From Convolutriloba macropyga (Eukaryota): 64,000 nt of DNA. Both the position numbers and the translations under genes were made by a program. The DNA is taken from NCBI RefSeq assembly GCF_964194025.1, contig NC_134481.1, positions 32,984,001 to 33,048,000 on the forward strand, given 5' to 3'. Positions 13,474 through 26,398 of this stretch are shown here, piece after piece. The notes below the pieces were generated by a model. That model had not been told where the DNA came from, ran no database searches, and saw nothing but the letters and a program-made list of their open reading frames with translations. The stretch's first letter is position 1. Every line of letters begins with the position of its first letter.

Positions 13474-15225
13474 TTTAATAAAAAATTTAATGAAGTGTTG
13501 CTTGCTCCAATAGAAGCGTTCACCAACTACTGCTAGATTTGGTGAACTGATGTAGTCGATATATCTGTGGTTTATCGTCCTTTCTGTAAACAGAAGTTAC
13601 AAGAAGCTTCAAGAAATCGGAAAAAAAATGTGCTGATGCACTCAATTATTGTATAGACGCGAGTGAATTCAAATAGACATGTTAAAATCCTTCAATAACC
13701 CTAAGTTTATTCACTCGAGACCAGTTTAATCACGATTTGGTAGTTTATCATTTACTTCATAAGGTTCTTTATTCGTGACAGATCAAAAATTAAACTCAGT
13801 TTTAGTTGAATTGAAAGAAAGCATTGAAGGAGCGGCATCGACCTTTTTGCGTTAATATAGGCCCAGTTTTGCATAACAACTAATCCAAAAATTGGCAAAA
13901 CTTTCTTTTTCGCCAATTATTGATTTATTTTGCCTTTATTTGTCAGTTTTTTTTCGTTCGAATGACACAATTTGTTTGTTTTGAATAATCTTTTCCTGCT
14001 CTTTGGTAGTAGGGATGTCCTGAAAATACTTCGGTAATCATCAGAGGCTTTAAAATTTTCTTATTGACACAGAGATCTTAAAAAACTACATTTAAGGATT
14101 TTTCTCCGACAAATAGAAAACGAGATTCCCATTGAGATCGACAACTGTTAATGGTTCATGCAATTGTAGTGAGTCTAAAATAGAACGTTCTATAACTTTT
14201 CAAATTTCAAACACCTTTCAAACTTAAAAATTGCCTACAAAAATATTCAACCTAATACTTTATTGAATTTTAAGATGTGTATCACTGATCAACAAAATTC
14301 AAATTGGGCTATCATCAGACTTTTATGAAGACAGAAGCAATTAAATTAGCATATCAACCGATATCAGAAAATTCTAGTGTTGTTGTTTTCACATAGATAT
14401 AGATTGCCTATATCTTGCATCCGTACTCAGTTAACTAAAATTCTTTCCCAAATATCCAGTTCCCAATCTTTTCTACAAAAATTGTGACAGTTTTTGTTTT
14501 TACAACTTGAAAGTCCGAATTCTCCCATTCAGTTCAGCAAGGGTTTAACTTATAGATTGTTGCTTTATGTCGATGTTTATCACCCTAGGAACATATGACT
14601 CACAGACAATCGACTCAATGCAACGTGATGTTTAATGGTAATTCAAAGATAACATAAGCTTTATGGATAAATTTTTCGTATAAAACGATTCTACCAAATT
14701 TTACTTTGATTAAAAGTTTAAATTTAAGGCAGAAAAACCGGTGTACTAATTCATATTTCAAAATATCTGAATTTGCACACATGGGACACTATATATACGA
14801 TCTTAAAGAATTAAAATTGGATTGAAATTTAGATCAAATAAAACAACAGAATCAGATACCGGGGGAAACGCTCACATTCATCGAAATACTAACAAATAAT
14901 ATTGTGTCATCTAAAATTGACTTGTTTTTTCCTTTAACTGCAGAAGCAGAAAGATATTGCGCAAAAATTTTACTGTAAAACAATTATGCCTTTCTATTTA
15001 ATTTCAAACAAAACTCCATTAGGCTATGGGGAACAAAAAATGCTGTTTCAATCAAAGCGGAATTGAACTCAACATTGAGGTCAAAAAGTTAAAAATCGGT
15101 TGTTTGAGTACCACTTTTATACACTTATTAATTTCAGTCGATCATTGAACCTCAATTATTTTGCCCCACTTTTCACTCCAATTTAAATTTCTTATAAATG
15201 TAACATTTATATATTTTAAAAATAC

Positions 15226-15463
15226 ATAGGTTTCGAGCGTATTAGGGAACACAAGAACTCTTGGGTGAAAACTTTTTGGTGTCAAACTATTTTGTTGTGG
15301 AAATAAAGGGGTTGAAGGAATCGATGTAAAAAAACTGTAGCCTTTTACAGAATGTTTGACGAAATTTGTTTCCAAACAATCATCTGGTCTCCGGATCTTC
15401 AATTGTTCTGTCAAAATTAATTCAGACAGGAAGCCCATATAATGTAATTGCGTAATTTTTTGC
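15226..15463 (-). CDS. Candidate exon 2 of the MATH-like gene
   Basis: Acceptor ttttaag|G is phase-compatible (phase 2) with exon 16811-17037. Frame QKITQLHYMGFLSELILTEQLKIRRP...NTLETY, donor GTATTT. Confidence 0.45.
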
Positions 15464-16810
15464 CTTAAAATAACTCAAAGTGCATGTTCACAACATAGAG
15501 AGGAGAATTAGTGTTACAACTTTGTCAAGATGTTTGCATCACATCTTTGATTCAAGCTTCCTCAGCGGTTTTTGTGAACCGCTTATCTCAAGACTAATAG
15601 AGTTCTTGGGGAACCCCTCAGCAACTTAATGACTGTCGGGTTTCACCGTTTTATCGCGTGTATTACCTGTGAAATAGCTGTTTTTAACATTATCGGTCAG
15701 TATCAATACTTTGTCATTAGATTTTAATTTGGAAAATAGTGACGCTTACAGCGAATGCTGGAGAAAAAAAATAATATAACCTATATTTGCGTTATTTAAC
15801 TAAATTCATCGCGCTGGAAGCACGTAGTTGGAAGAAAGAGAAAAAAAACAGACGGTAAATATAACAGACTGAACAAAAACAGCTGAACTTATGTAACGTT
15901 TGGTTTCAGCCACTTTAGCACTAAGGGGAATTTGTGAAATTAATTATTACTTTATGGCCGGAAATTTTAAAAATAGAACAAAACGCTACTGAGTAAGGGA
16001 TAAGAGAGGATAATATCTAAACTGAGAATGAAAATAATTAGTTTCTTAATTTTCAACTAATTGCGGATTGAAAATATATCCCATATATTTGATATCTCAA
16101 TAAGTTGTTAAGCAAGTAGCCGCATTAGTTAAATTGATATTTAAGCTACAGCCACTAACAGTCCTTGGCAATTAGATAGATGGATGCTACAGTAAATTAT
16201 AAACCATAACCTCGGTTTATAGTGACTATAATCTGGGATAATGGTGACGATATCTTGTCACTACTTTTCAGTTAGTTCCAAAATTGTGTGCACGGTCGGG
16301 TTAATCCAATTTTGAGGCCGCTGGTTAAACTAACCAATTTACGCCAACTCCTACAACAATAGTCTTTAAACATGTCAGCGAGAATCAGTTATAGTGACAG
16401 TTTCTACGCTTGAAAAAATTAGCTACTTGCAAACCCAGGCTGAGGTTCCAGGCCAAAAATTCGATATGCGCCGATCACAATGAACGCACAAGGGGGCGTC
16501 GTGCGTTCAAAACTACACTGTCTGGAGACTAAAGTATTGTGGCCAGACGATAACTTGTAGTTGCAAAGATCTCACTGAAAGAGACCGACAGGAGGAATAT
16601 AATTACTAAACTTCGTTTGAGACCAGTTGATTTTTTCAAAATTATTTCAAAGTTGAGGTCAACAAGCTGCGGAAGTCTACCATTTTGTGTGAAAATTTAG
16701 ACCTAGTCGATTGGTCGCGCCGTATATCAAGAGCGCTATTTATCAAAGATTTCCAAAACACGTCATCATAAACCAGTTTCAAAGCTTCCGCGTGATTAAA
16801 CATAACTCAC

Positions 16811-17037
16811 TGCGACTTGACTAGCTGGACTCCAAAGTTCCACATACAACCCCACAATTTGATCTCTTCTGACACTTTGACTACCGATCCACTCAGACTT
16901 CTCACGTCTGGTATTTTGAGGAAGATCCTGGCTCTATTTCCGCAGAACTCGTTCGATCCAATGTCTACAAACCTGGCTGACAGATATCGTGATTCCTTCA
17001 CCAATGTAAGAAAGCCTGGCAAGAAAGGATTCGCCAT
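16811..17037 (-). CDS. Candidate first coding exon of the MATH-like gene
   Basis: ATG at 17037, frame MANPFLPGF..VSEEIKLWGCMWNFGVQLVKS, with a consensus donor CA|GTGAGT at 16810. Confidence 0.5.
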
Positions 17038-17569
17038 GTTCCATTTACGCCAATGCCACGATTTTAATGATTTACCTCAAAGCAATAATTTGGGCATACA
17101 AAAAGTGATTTTTTTCCAATGCATCTGTATCTGTTTGGCAAGAAATAATTTCGACCCCGGCAAATAATTTCTTACTTAAAATTCAAAAAAAATTCCGAAA
17201 CCAAGTTTTATCGCATAATTTAAAGCAAAAACATGGATTCGCAAAAAATCTGGATTTACGAAATATTGATTTAACTAATATCAGGCGGGGCAAATTTTTT
17301 GAGAATGCAGCTTTTTTTATAGGATTGTAATAATCCCGTCAAATTAACAAAGCTGGTTTAAAAAAATCAGAACAAAGCCCGCAGATTGCCGGAAAATAGC
17401 CGCCGTTGTCTCGCTTGGCGCACATCGGGATTGAAACAGAAAAAAGAAAAAAAGAGAGAAATTGACAGATTTTTTCCTCAGTTTGAAAAAGTGTTCCAAT
17501 TCGGTGGACAGTTTCAGTGGATTCTAAAATCATACCTAATTCCTCTTCTAAATTGAAAGCTATTAGGCT

Positions 17570-18070
17570 TAATACTAATGTCAGCTAGCTCAGTTGATTT
17601 TGCTCTTTTGACTTCGACAGTATTCAATAAATTGCGTAATTCAAAGTTAGAATCCATTCAGTTGAAACATTGAGTGAAGTAAGTCAGAAGTCAAGAGTGA
17701 AAATCGTGACTTATGTAAAACGAAAAAAGCGATCAAAAGGTAAAGCGAATTAAAAAACATAGCAGGACAAGTCCTGACGTACAATTCAAAGAATTTTCAT
17801 GACTAAACAAAAAACTAGACCTAAAACGGACTATGAGTGAATTGGGAAAACCATTTCTAAAAAAAATCAGATCAAAAAAATAAAAGAACAGAAAATCAAT
17901 GTCCAAATACAAAAATCAGAACAAAAAACTACCAGCGAGAAATGGAAATTTGGTTCAAACAAAAAACTAGGCCTAGAATGAACTATGAATGGATTGGGAA
18001 GACCAATTGGAAAAAAAATCCGACCCAAAAAATTTAAAGAACGTTAAAAAATCAAAGTGAAATTGCCGCA
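17570..18070. repeat. Dispersed repeat (homologous to ~42310-43090) followed by a ~152-bp tandem duplication
   Basis: AATCCATTCAGTTGAAACA..GTCAGAAGTCAA..GTGACTTATGTA recurs at 42456-42525. AAACAAAAAACTAG..ACTATGA..TTGGGAA occurs at 17805 and 17957. Confidence 0.65.
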
Positions 18071-18360
18071 TGTGAACAAAAATCCACTAGCGAGAAAGCG
18101 AATTTTTAATCAAACACCGTATTCTCACTCGGCTTTAAAATTAGAGCAAAAAAATTTCACACCGCAAAACCACTCGCTTTTTCGCTCCACTTCCTGTTTC
18201 GGCGTGACTAAAATCACTACTCCAATTTGACTTCAAAAATCATGAAAATGTATGAACAGATCTTAAAAAAGACAGTGCCCCAATACAATTCAAATTCTTT
18301 GAATTGTAAAAAGGAGAGCGCCTAAATAATAGCCACTGAGAGGCCGAAGGCGGCTATTAA

Positions 18361-18945
18361 TCATACTTCCCAATCAAACTTATTTTTAAAACATGGAAGA
18401 CGGCAGCTGCCTTTTGTCCTCAATTCCTCGGATTGGAGAATCTTCAGATCTGTCATGTAGTAATCGTACATCTTCACTGCCAACTTGTGATCTTCAGGAA
18501 ACTTATTACAGTATTTCAGACTCTCCATTTGAGTTTGTTTCACTTTAAGCAGCCCCACTTTCAGCCTCTGGTCTTTGAGAGTCCTGAGCAGGTCCAGAAT
18601 TAGAATTTTCTGTTGTTCCAACAGCTCAAGGGCAATTTGACAACTATGCAGGCGAACGTCCAATTCTTTAATACACAAATCGGGGTTAAATCGAGAGAGG
18701 ATTTTCAACAGTGTGTCCTGCTTCATGTCCAAATTTTTGGGTTCAACATTTTTCGAGTTATTGGCAATGTCCGCATGATCAGTTCCGACAATCGACTTCG
18801 TTACTTCTATCATTTTCTCTTTTACGTCCTCTGTATTCCTGTCAATTTCTGATCCTGCTTTTGGGGTATTTTTTGTAGGACTGGATATATTTTGGCTTGT
18901 TTTTTGAAACCGGAAAGTTCTTTTGGCCGATATGGTGGTGCTCAT
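18361..18945 (-). CDS. Intronless hypothetical protein (194 aa, coiled-coil-like)
   Basis: 585-bp ATG-to-TGA ORF in AT-rich DNA with an L/K/Q-rich helical C-terminal half. An acceptor-like tttcacag lies ~20 nt upstream of the ATG. No family recognised. Confidence 0.5.
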   Translation of the reverse strand: MSTTISAKRTFRFQKTSQNISSPTKNTPKAGSEIDRNTEDVKEKMIEVTKSIVGTDHADIANNSKNVEPKNLDMKQDTLLKILSRFNPDLCIKELDVRLHSCQIALELLEQQKILILDLLRTLKDQRLKVGLLKVKQTQMESLKYCNKFPEDHKLAVKMYDYYMTDLKILQSEELRTKGSCRLPCFKNKFDWEV

Positions 18946-19699
18946 TTAGCGCAATTTCTCGAAACTGTGAAATCAAATGTAAATAAGGACGATTGCAAGA
19001 TGTTTGTTGATAATTTATTAATCGATCATGCCACCTTTATTGATCTATCAATAACTAACCGACATTTTCGGCTTTTTCAGATCCAAAAACTATGTTCATC
19101 ACCCCGTGGATACGCTCAAAGACTAATCAAAGTCGAGGCACAAAATTCAGATTCAATCAATAATATTCTGAAGGTTAATTAATCGAATCAGAATAAAATC
19201 AATTTCCACTATCGTTGTAAACTTCCTTTAATGAATAAGCGGTCAACTCAAACGATTGTTTCTACATCTGTTTAGGTCAAGATAAGAGTTTACGAAATTT
19301 TCGTATTATCAGTAGCCAAAAGAATAACTGCCACAACTGCACAAGTGATAGAATAAAGTTGACACTCAATCAATTTTAGTCACAACGGACGAACATGTCA
19401 GAGTGACAGAAATATGTTAATGTGAACAGGACAGTCTTTTACAGCTGACACAGGTCATTAGCCTAATAACCTCCAAGTTTCACCAAGAAACTGGAGTAAA
19501 TGATGTTGGACCAATTTAGCAAAAGCTTAATCCTAAGAAAGACATGTGGACAGAAATCAAATCCTACACCGCGTTAAGAGACTGGCTTCCGTTTCAAAGG
19601 CCCTCCAAAATCAATTTAAAAAGATTCCTCTAAAGTTTAAATTTTTCTGAAACAGCTTTTGACCAAGAAATATAGTTTAACAACTAGTTCAATTCATTT

Positions 19700-19868
19700 T
19701 CATTTCTTCTCTTCTGGTTTTTCTTCTGCTGGTGTCTCTACAGCTGGTTTTATCAAGGGTGTGCGGAACTCTGGGAACTGTTCCCAAGGTGACTCAAGGT
19801 CAAACTTCCTGAACTCTTGGGCTAATTCCACTGGTTCCTGCACTATTCGTTGTAATTCGTCATCGTAC
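19700..19868 (-). CDS. NDUFS3: NADH:ubiquinone oxidoreductase core subunit S3 (30 kDa), exon 4 (terminal)
   Basis: gttcag|G TAC acceptor; [33 protein letters not shown] motif. The phase-2 junction matches exon 3, and the spliced CDS is 798 nt (265 aa). Confidence 0.96.
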
Positions 19869-20544
19869 CTGAACGCAAAAGACAATTCTCAATTGTCAAT
19901 TTAATACAAACGAATATACATATAACGCTTGAGAAAACAAACTCAGGAAACGTATATTCGATTACTCCTTGGGCGGCCGCGAGCCAAATGAAACCATAAA
20001 TAAAGCGAGCCAAAAGCAGTTATCTAAAATGCTTAAATTCCGTTTTTCTACATGCGTTAATATAGCTGTCATCCTCCGACCAAATTGGTCATTGATACTG
20101 AAGATTACGTTCACTGCCCTGTAATACTACTTGTTATTGGACATTTTACTTAATAGCCAGTGCTATTGGCCAATTGATGCCACAGACAGCTATATCATTG
20201 CATTGTTGACATAACATTCAGTGTAAATGACCAGTTTCGCATGTAGTACTGCTGCATTAACGGATAGAAAAATCGCGCACAACAAGTTCCATTTAGCGAT
20301 TGAAACTCCAAAAAATCACAAAAACACGATAGCAATTGAATGCTAAAGTTCATCACGATCACCCAGTTGATCCAAACTTTACCCTTGCGACGGAGAATAG
20401 TTAAATTGGGCGCAAAACGCAAGAAATCATTAGCCAACAAAATTGCTCGGGATTTTAGGAGTCGTCAAACTATATTCCCGATGAATCATTTCAAAAAATA
20501 ATAAAAATTAATAAAAAAAAATTTTTTTGAACAGAATTATTATA

Positions 20545-23500
20545 AAACTCGGTTACCATGACTAGGTTTATAAAACAGCAGATCACCAGATTAACAAATC
20601 AATTTTCAACAGATCATTTCAGTTTTCCAGGTATGAAATATATGTTTCTATTCTCCCCACTTTGGTCAGGTACGAATAAACACTCGAAAATCAATTAAAT
20701 TTATTAAATCAATCGTGTTGGAATAGTAAAACCCACACAATCGAGTTTTCAACTAGGATAGTGGAACCCACGCCATCTGGTTTGCATTTATAATACTGAA
20801 ACGTACATAATCAAAGGTCATGAGACATTAAGGAGTCTTCTTTTGCTTGCAGCTTGCTCACAGTTCTGCGCTTCTTGCTATCAACATTATAGCGTTTCCT
20901 CGCATTAGTGTGACGGAAACCGATTTAGCAAGCCTGCTGAAAGCAACTGACAAATAAGCTGAGTACAAACTTCTGTTGGCAGTGAGCAGAGCTATTCGCT
21001 TCACAGTCTTTCTCACCAATTCAGAGAGTCCACCAAACGATTCAAAAGCCATGGGAATAAATTGAAAACCTGTGTTGGCACATTGTTGGAAATATTGCTG
21101 CAACTTCCTATCTTCCGCAGCTCTCAGGGCAAAACGTGACTTCTTCACCGCATTTGAAATAATACTGGGTAGCAGTGGGGAGGTAATGGTTATATCCAGA
21201 GCTGCCGGTTGCCCAGCAGACCAACAAGTTAAGTACACATCTCCAAGTCGAGAATTTGTTTCTGTTATCATGTTTTTCTGCTCGCAAACTGGTGACAGGT
21301 TGGCAGCGCTGCAAGCGGAAAACATTTTGTCCCTAAGGCAGTCGTGTCGCGAAATCATATTGCCCCGCCCATGACATGCAACAGCATGATCACCGAGTGT
21401 AACCAACGATCCTGTTTTACAATAGGGACATTTTATTTTTCATATATAGGGGAGCGCCCAGTTTGTACTTCACAGCTGCACGAAACGCGTTTGGCAAGAG
21501 GTGGAGGCCGAGAGCCGGTTTGGGAGCTGCCGATAACCGTCCTCCTGATTGAGGCAGAGAGCGTGACAAACGAGCTTTCTCTTTCAGATCTTTGATTTTT
21601 AAATAATTTATTGAGAGCAACTTCGTCGAGGACGTCCTGTATTTTGCTTTGAGTAAGCTGCGATATTGACAAACCATTCATTTCATCAATCATTTGGGTA
21701 AAAGTGTGATCTGCTGTCGGACTTTGGCCAGTTATAAGCTTCACTAATTTAACAGAGTGCGATATCGAACCAATATATGCTGCTTTTATCTGATCAGACG
21801 CTCGTCGAATTCCAATTCCAGTTTTACTGATAGGCAAACATGGTTGATGCCATGACTCATTGGACCAGACTGTTCCCAGTATATTCTCGAAACTTGTCCT
21901 TTGAAGCGAGTCAAAATCCTGAAAAATATTTACAGCTTCCTCTGATGGTGTATTGCAGCGCAGGGAATATACCCCTTTTTGGTGCAGCCAGGCTATTATG
22001 TAGAATACCATGAGCACACTGTGGGTCGTTTATGTACTCCAGGTTCTCCAGTAACTTTCCGATCTTCTGAACACGTTTATGTATCGAGAGAGCAACGAAT
22101 TGGGGGGATCCAACAGCAGCACCCAGAACTTCAAGTCCCTCCTTACTGTTTCTTTTAATTCTGCTATCGGTCGTTTTCAGAGCTCCTTTTGACCGGACCT
22201 CACATTTGTCTCTTCTGAGTTCTAGGCCGCACGTTTTGCCCGAGGCAGTCAATATATCTACAGCCTCGTTCAGTTCGGGTTCTGTTCCAGCAATAATACC
22301 ATCGCCAAGGTACCAACAGCGCTGGGCCAGATTAGGTATTTTTGATTCAATCTCTTATAGGCCCCAAGGTTAGGGAGAACAACAGAGGACCCAAGGATCT
22401 CCTTGTTGCACTCCAGATTAACTTGTTACAGATTTTTTTACTATATTAAAGATGACTAGGCGGTGAGTAGCAATATATGGCAAATGATACAAAACTCGGC
22501 ATTAATGCAGCTGCATTTAGAATTTGACTTCGTTTAATGGAATATAAGGCGTTCTTAAAATCGATCTAACCTTTCTGCATCCTGTGAAAACTGCAAGTAC
22601 TACAATGTAATTTTGGTCGCGTGTATGATACTTTCAGTCCCACCCTTGACCCCTACACCAAGTTGTTTAGATGAGAACAGTTCGGCCGACTCTAGTTGTG
22701 TTTGTTTTGCTATGCACTTTGCAACCAAACGTTGCAAGACCTCCCCCACAGCTATCGGACGTACACCACCTTTTAATTTCTTTAAAGCAGTTGAAGCACT
22801 GCAAAAAACTGGTGCCACTGACACAGGGTGCTGACCTATGCTAGCCAAAGTCACTAGCTTTGTAATGCTTGTAACAGCTTGTTTAGATTGATCAGAAGCA
22901 GCGCAATTAACTGTGTGCAAAACGTGTTCGGGGTACATTTTAGATGGACCAGCAGCTGAGAAATTGGGGAAGGTTTCTATTTGGCCAAATACATTTGGCT
23001 CAAAAATTTGAAATCTTTAATCTTGAAATTGCAGCCGAGGTTCTTCTTCCAGAGGTTGTAGGGTTTTAAGCTCTCTGAATGTTTGGCTATTATCTGGCGC
23101 TACTCCATCGGATGAAAAAATTTCTGCCGCTCTCCCGAATTGGCCTTGGAGGCACAGCGCTTTAGCACGAGCTGCAAGTGCTTCTATGGTTTCAGGAAGG
23201 GTCTCTCTTGATTGCTTCATCAATGCAGCTTCATACCTAAGTCCGGCGTAGTCCCCCGCTTTCCAGCTCTCAAACCGTTTTGACAATAAGTTTTTCTGGT
23301 TTTGTTTGTGTTTCTTTCCACCTCTATTAGATGCTCGTAATATGCATTCACTAATGGCAAAAAGCGTCTTCCAGTTTTATGTGCGTTTGGCAGCGAGATA
23401 CATCCCTCGATAGTTTTGGTGAGAACGTCAGACCAACTGAGTCGAAATTTGACAGGTACGTACGTAGTGTTGGAATCTGTTTCTTGCAAATTGTTTCCAA

Positions 23501-24216
23501 GTCTGGTAGTTCAATAGGATTCATGTTTGATGCACCAGGAGTGACCTCTGTGCTATTTGAATTTGTTTCGCCAGTCAAAACTATCTCGTCAATGCGGGCT
23601 GCTATATCACGTGGAATCTTGTGTCTGACAATGAGGAGCTAAATTGAGCGTATGCCCAAATGGATTGTGAGCACACCCATTTGTCAAATTGTGGTCCCCA
23701 ACTTGTATAACTGATTTTAGTTTCATTGTTTTTGTGGCTTTTCACAGTTATTTTCAACAGTTTGCCTTTCTATCAGGATAAAATTGCACTGTATCAATGA
23801 GAACTTGAAAACGGGGGTCAGTGTCATCAACTGTCAAGTTGCTCATTGACTGTGTTAATCCAGAGGATTTTTTTTCTTCACTTAAAGTGTCTGATAACAC
23901 ACTGCCTTCAACAAAGCTAGAACTATCTACTGTTGTATATTCATTATTTTGAACTGAAGAGGGTTCCAGTTTGTTTCCTTTTCTCTTTCCCAATTCTTGT
24001 TCTTACTTTCCAAATAAAAAGTATACCTTCTTATATATCGAAGGGAAAATTTATGCCACGAAAAATCCATTTCAAGACCTATGTAAGCGATAAGCGATTT
24101 TCTTTAAAAAAATCTGTTGACTAGGAAATCATCTTTACAGCTCAGCCATTTCTGATTTTAGTCAAATAGCTGTTTGCGAAGCTTGCGTCAGCTGCTTTAA
24201 GGGAGGGGCTTCAAAT
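20545..24216 (-). mobile_element. Decayed, apparently full-length CRE-clade non-LTR retrotransposon (RT plus C-terminal restriction-like endonuclease) in NDUFS3 intron 3
   Basis: RT motifs GGVRPIAVGEVLQRLVAK, QLGVGVKGG, VQQGDP and WYLGDG (YLDD mutated). Knuckle remnant GDHAVAC..RHD and RLE motifs RLGDV..ALDITITSP..AEDRK..FIPMAFESFGG. Many frameshifts across 20858-23993. Flanking direct repeat AGAATTATTATA at 20533-20544 and 24217-24228. Confidence 0.85.
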
Positions 24217-24423
24217 AGAATTATTATAGGTTATTACAGATCACTAGTAACATTAAACTGCCACCACTTAAATTCTGCTTACAATTGAGAATGGAAGATA
24301 AAATAAGGAGTCAACCATGATTAAACTCACTAAAAAACAAAATGATTTAACAAAATTATTGCATAAAATGGCACAGCGACAAAAATGGCACCAAGCGTTT
24401 TCGAGAGCAATTGAAACAGGGGG

Positions 24424-24912
24424 AAACATAAGCAACTGACGTCAAGCGAATCGCTCACAAACGACTGGTGAGTGATTGGCTTCATTTGCTCGCTGCAGCT
24501 TAGAAGGGCTAGCTTAGGCTTAATTAAGGGGAAGGGAGTTTGACCTAAGTGTGGGGAGGGTCAAGCGTTCGGGGTTGCGCGTGCAAATAGGTGTAGGGGT
24601 GGACGAGGGGGGAGTACGGAGCGAGTGCATGTGTGTATCGGGGAGAGGGGGGCGGGGGTGGAAGGGAGGGAAGGTCAAGCTCCAAAAACCACCCTTCAAA
24701 CCGTGAATTTAAGTCTCCTCAACAATTTCGGTGAATCGAAGACTCAGAGACTAGCGAGACGTAAAACGCTTAAGACAGCTGCTCAGGGACTTAATGCCGT
24801 CCTTGCTTTACCTGTTTATGAGGACAAAAAGTTAAAAGGGTGAGACGAAAAATCGAATAGAAAAGACCACAAGACTATTAAAAATTAATACAAACATCGT
24901 TTGACAGCAATA
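24424..24912 (-). mobile_element. Helentron/DINE-like family 2 (~500 bp), degenerate copy
   Basis: Begins AAACATAAGCAACTGACGTCAAGCGAATCGCTCACAAACGAC, has a G-rich centre and ends ..TTTGACAGCAAT. Homologous to the copies at 42530 and 59212. Confidence 0.6.
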
Positions 24913-26327
24913 TGTTTAGTTCCCAATGATCACAATCTTTACAAAGCTTAACTTAAATTTGGCAAATTCAATTACTTTGTTCCTCTTAATAATTTACAGC
25001 ACATAAATATACACTGACGCGGGACAAAAAGCATAGCAAAATTGTGCTGAACCTAAGTATCAAAGAAAAAATAGTTTTTGGAAGTCTATTTGGTCAACTG
25101 CTGCCACCTGACGAACAGTAATTTATCAAAATATCGATCACTTTATGACCGCTTCGAATGGGAGGCAAGAGATTCTTATGATGTACAAGCAAATTGGTTG
25201 CAAAAAAGTTGCAGCTAGGTCTGTCAGTCGACATTGTTATTAGGTAGGAATATAGGCAAAAAACATTTCTGAATCATAAGCAGAGAGGATTTCCCTGCTA
25301 AGAGATGAAAATAGAGATCGCAGAATGTTATCATTACCCGTATTACAAAACTACATTATTTGTTTCAAGTACCTTTCCAAAACTTTGACGACAAATTAGA
25401 ACATTGTTATACAATTAGGCAAAAAAAAATAGTCAACCGATCATCAGTAAAAATTCTACTTTTACGCCTATCGAAGACGTTGAGAGTCCTAAAGCGATAA
25501 TGTCAGCAATACAGGCAAAAAAGTGCAGTTTCAAAATGCTGGAATTAGACGTTATTAATTTGATCCGCGCTTTAAAAAAGTTTAAACTGAAATTCGACAA
25601 TCAAGAAAGGAAATAATAAATACGATAAGTTTCCTTATTTATGTGCTCTCCTTGAATCAATACATTAGAAAATCTTACAAAAAAATCAAACTAAAGCATT
25701 GCAGAATGGAGTCGCTAAACTCCGTTCAATAAACAAGATGAAACGAAAACAAAACCTGAACGGGTGTCCATGAAATATCATACTGAGAACACAAGGCACA
25801 ACTAAATAAACACGCAACGTTGCAATGAAAACGCTCACGCTTTTCCCCTAGATCAGTGTCATGTTCTTAGCTGAATCATTTGCGTGGTTAAATAACACAG
25901 GACTAAACAGAACACGGTTACCAAAATGACAAATGTCAGCTAATACTTGACCACCTCTCACAAATGCAAACGTCAATTTTATTTTTGGGCACAGAAAAAA
26001 AACTAATACTGTAAAATCCAAAGTAGTTGACACGTTTCGACCAAAAAAGTTAGGTTCAAAACTGTTATACATACTGTTCAATACTGTGTGAGGATGAGCT
26101 CTTACTTAACCATTGCGTCAGGTTGACCACAGCCTGACCAATGTTGGCGGCAATGATGGTACCACGTGAAAGTTTCAGACGCAAAAAAAGTGGCTATAGT
26201 CACAAAAAAGAGCAATTCTGCTCATAAAAAGATCAGTCTGAAATGTGGGGAATAATAAGAAAAAGGACAGGTGAAAACAGGCCGCTGTGGCCTAATGGTG
26301 TTCCGCAGCGATTACGCAGGAATCAAA

Positions 26328-26396
<69 letters not shown>
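26328..26396. repeat. (ATT)n microsatellite
   Basis: About 23 perfect ATT units. Confidence 0.97.

Positions 26397-26398
<2 letters not shown>

Noticed and set aside
24165-24200. Hammerhead-ribozyme-like CTGACGCAAGCTTCGCAAACAGCT at the CRE 5' end (minus strand)
   Set aside because: Core bases deviate from CUGANGA/GAAA and no stem I can be formed; CTTGCGTCAG also recurs in unrelated places.
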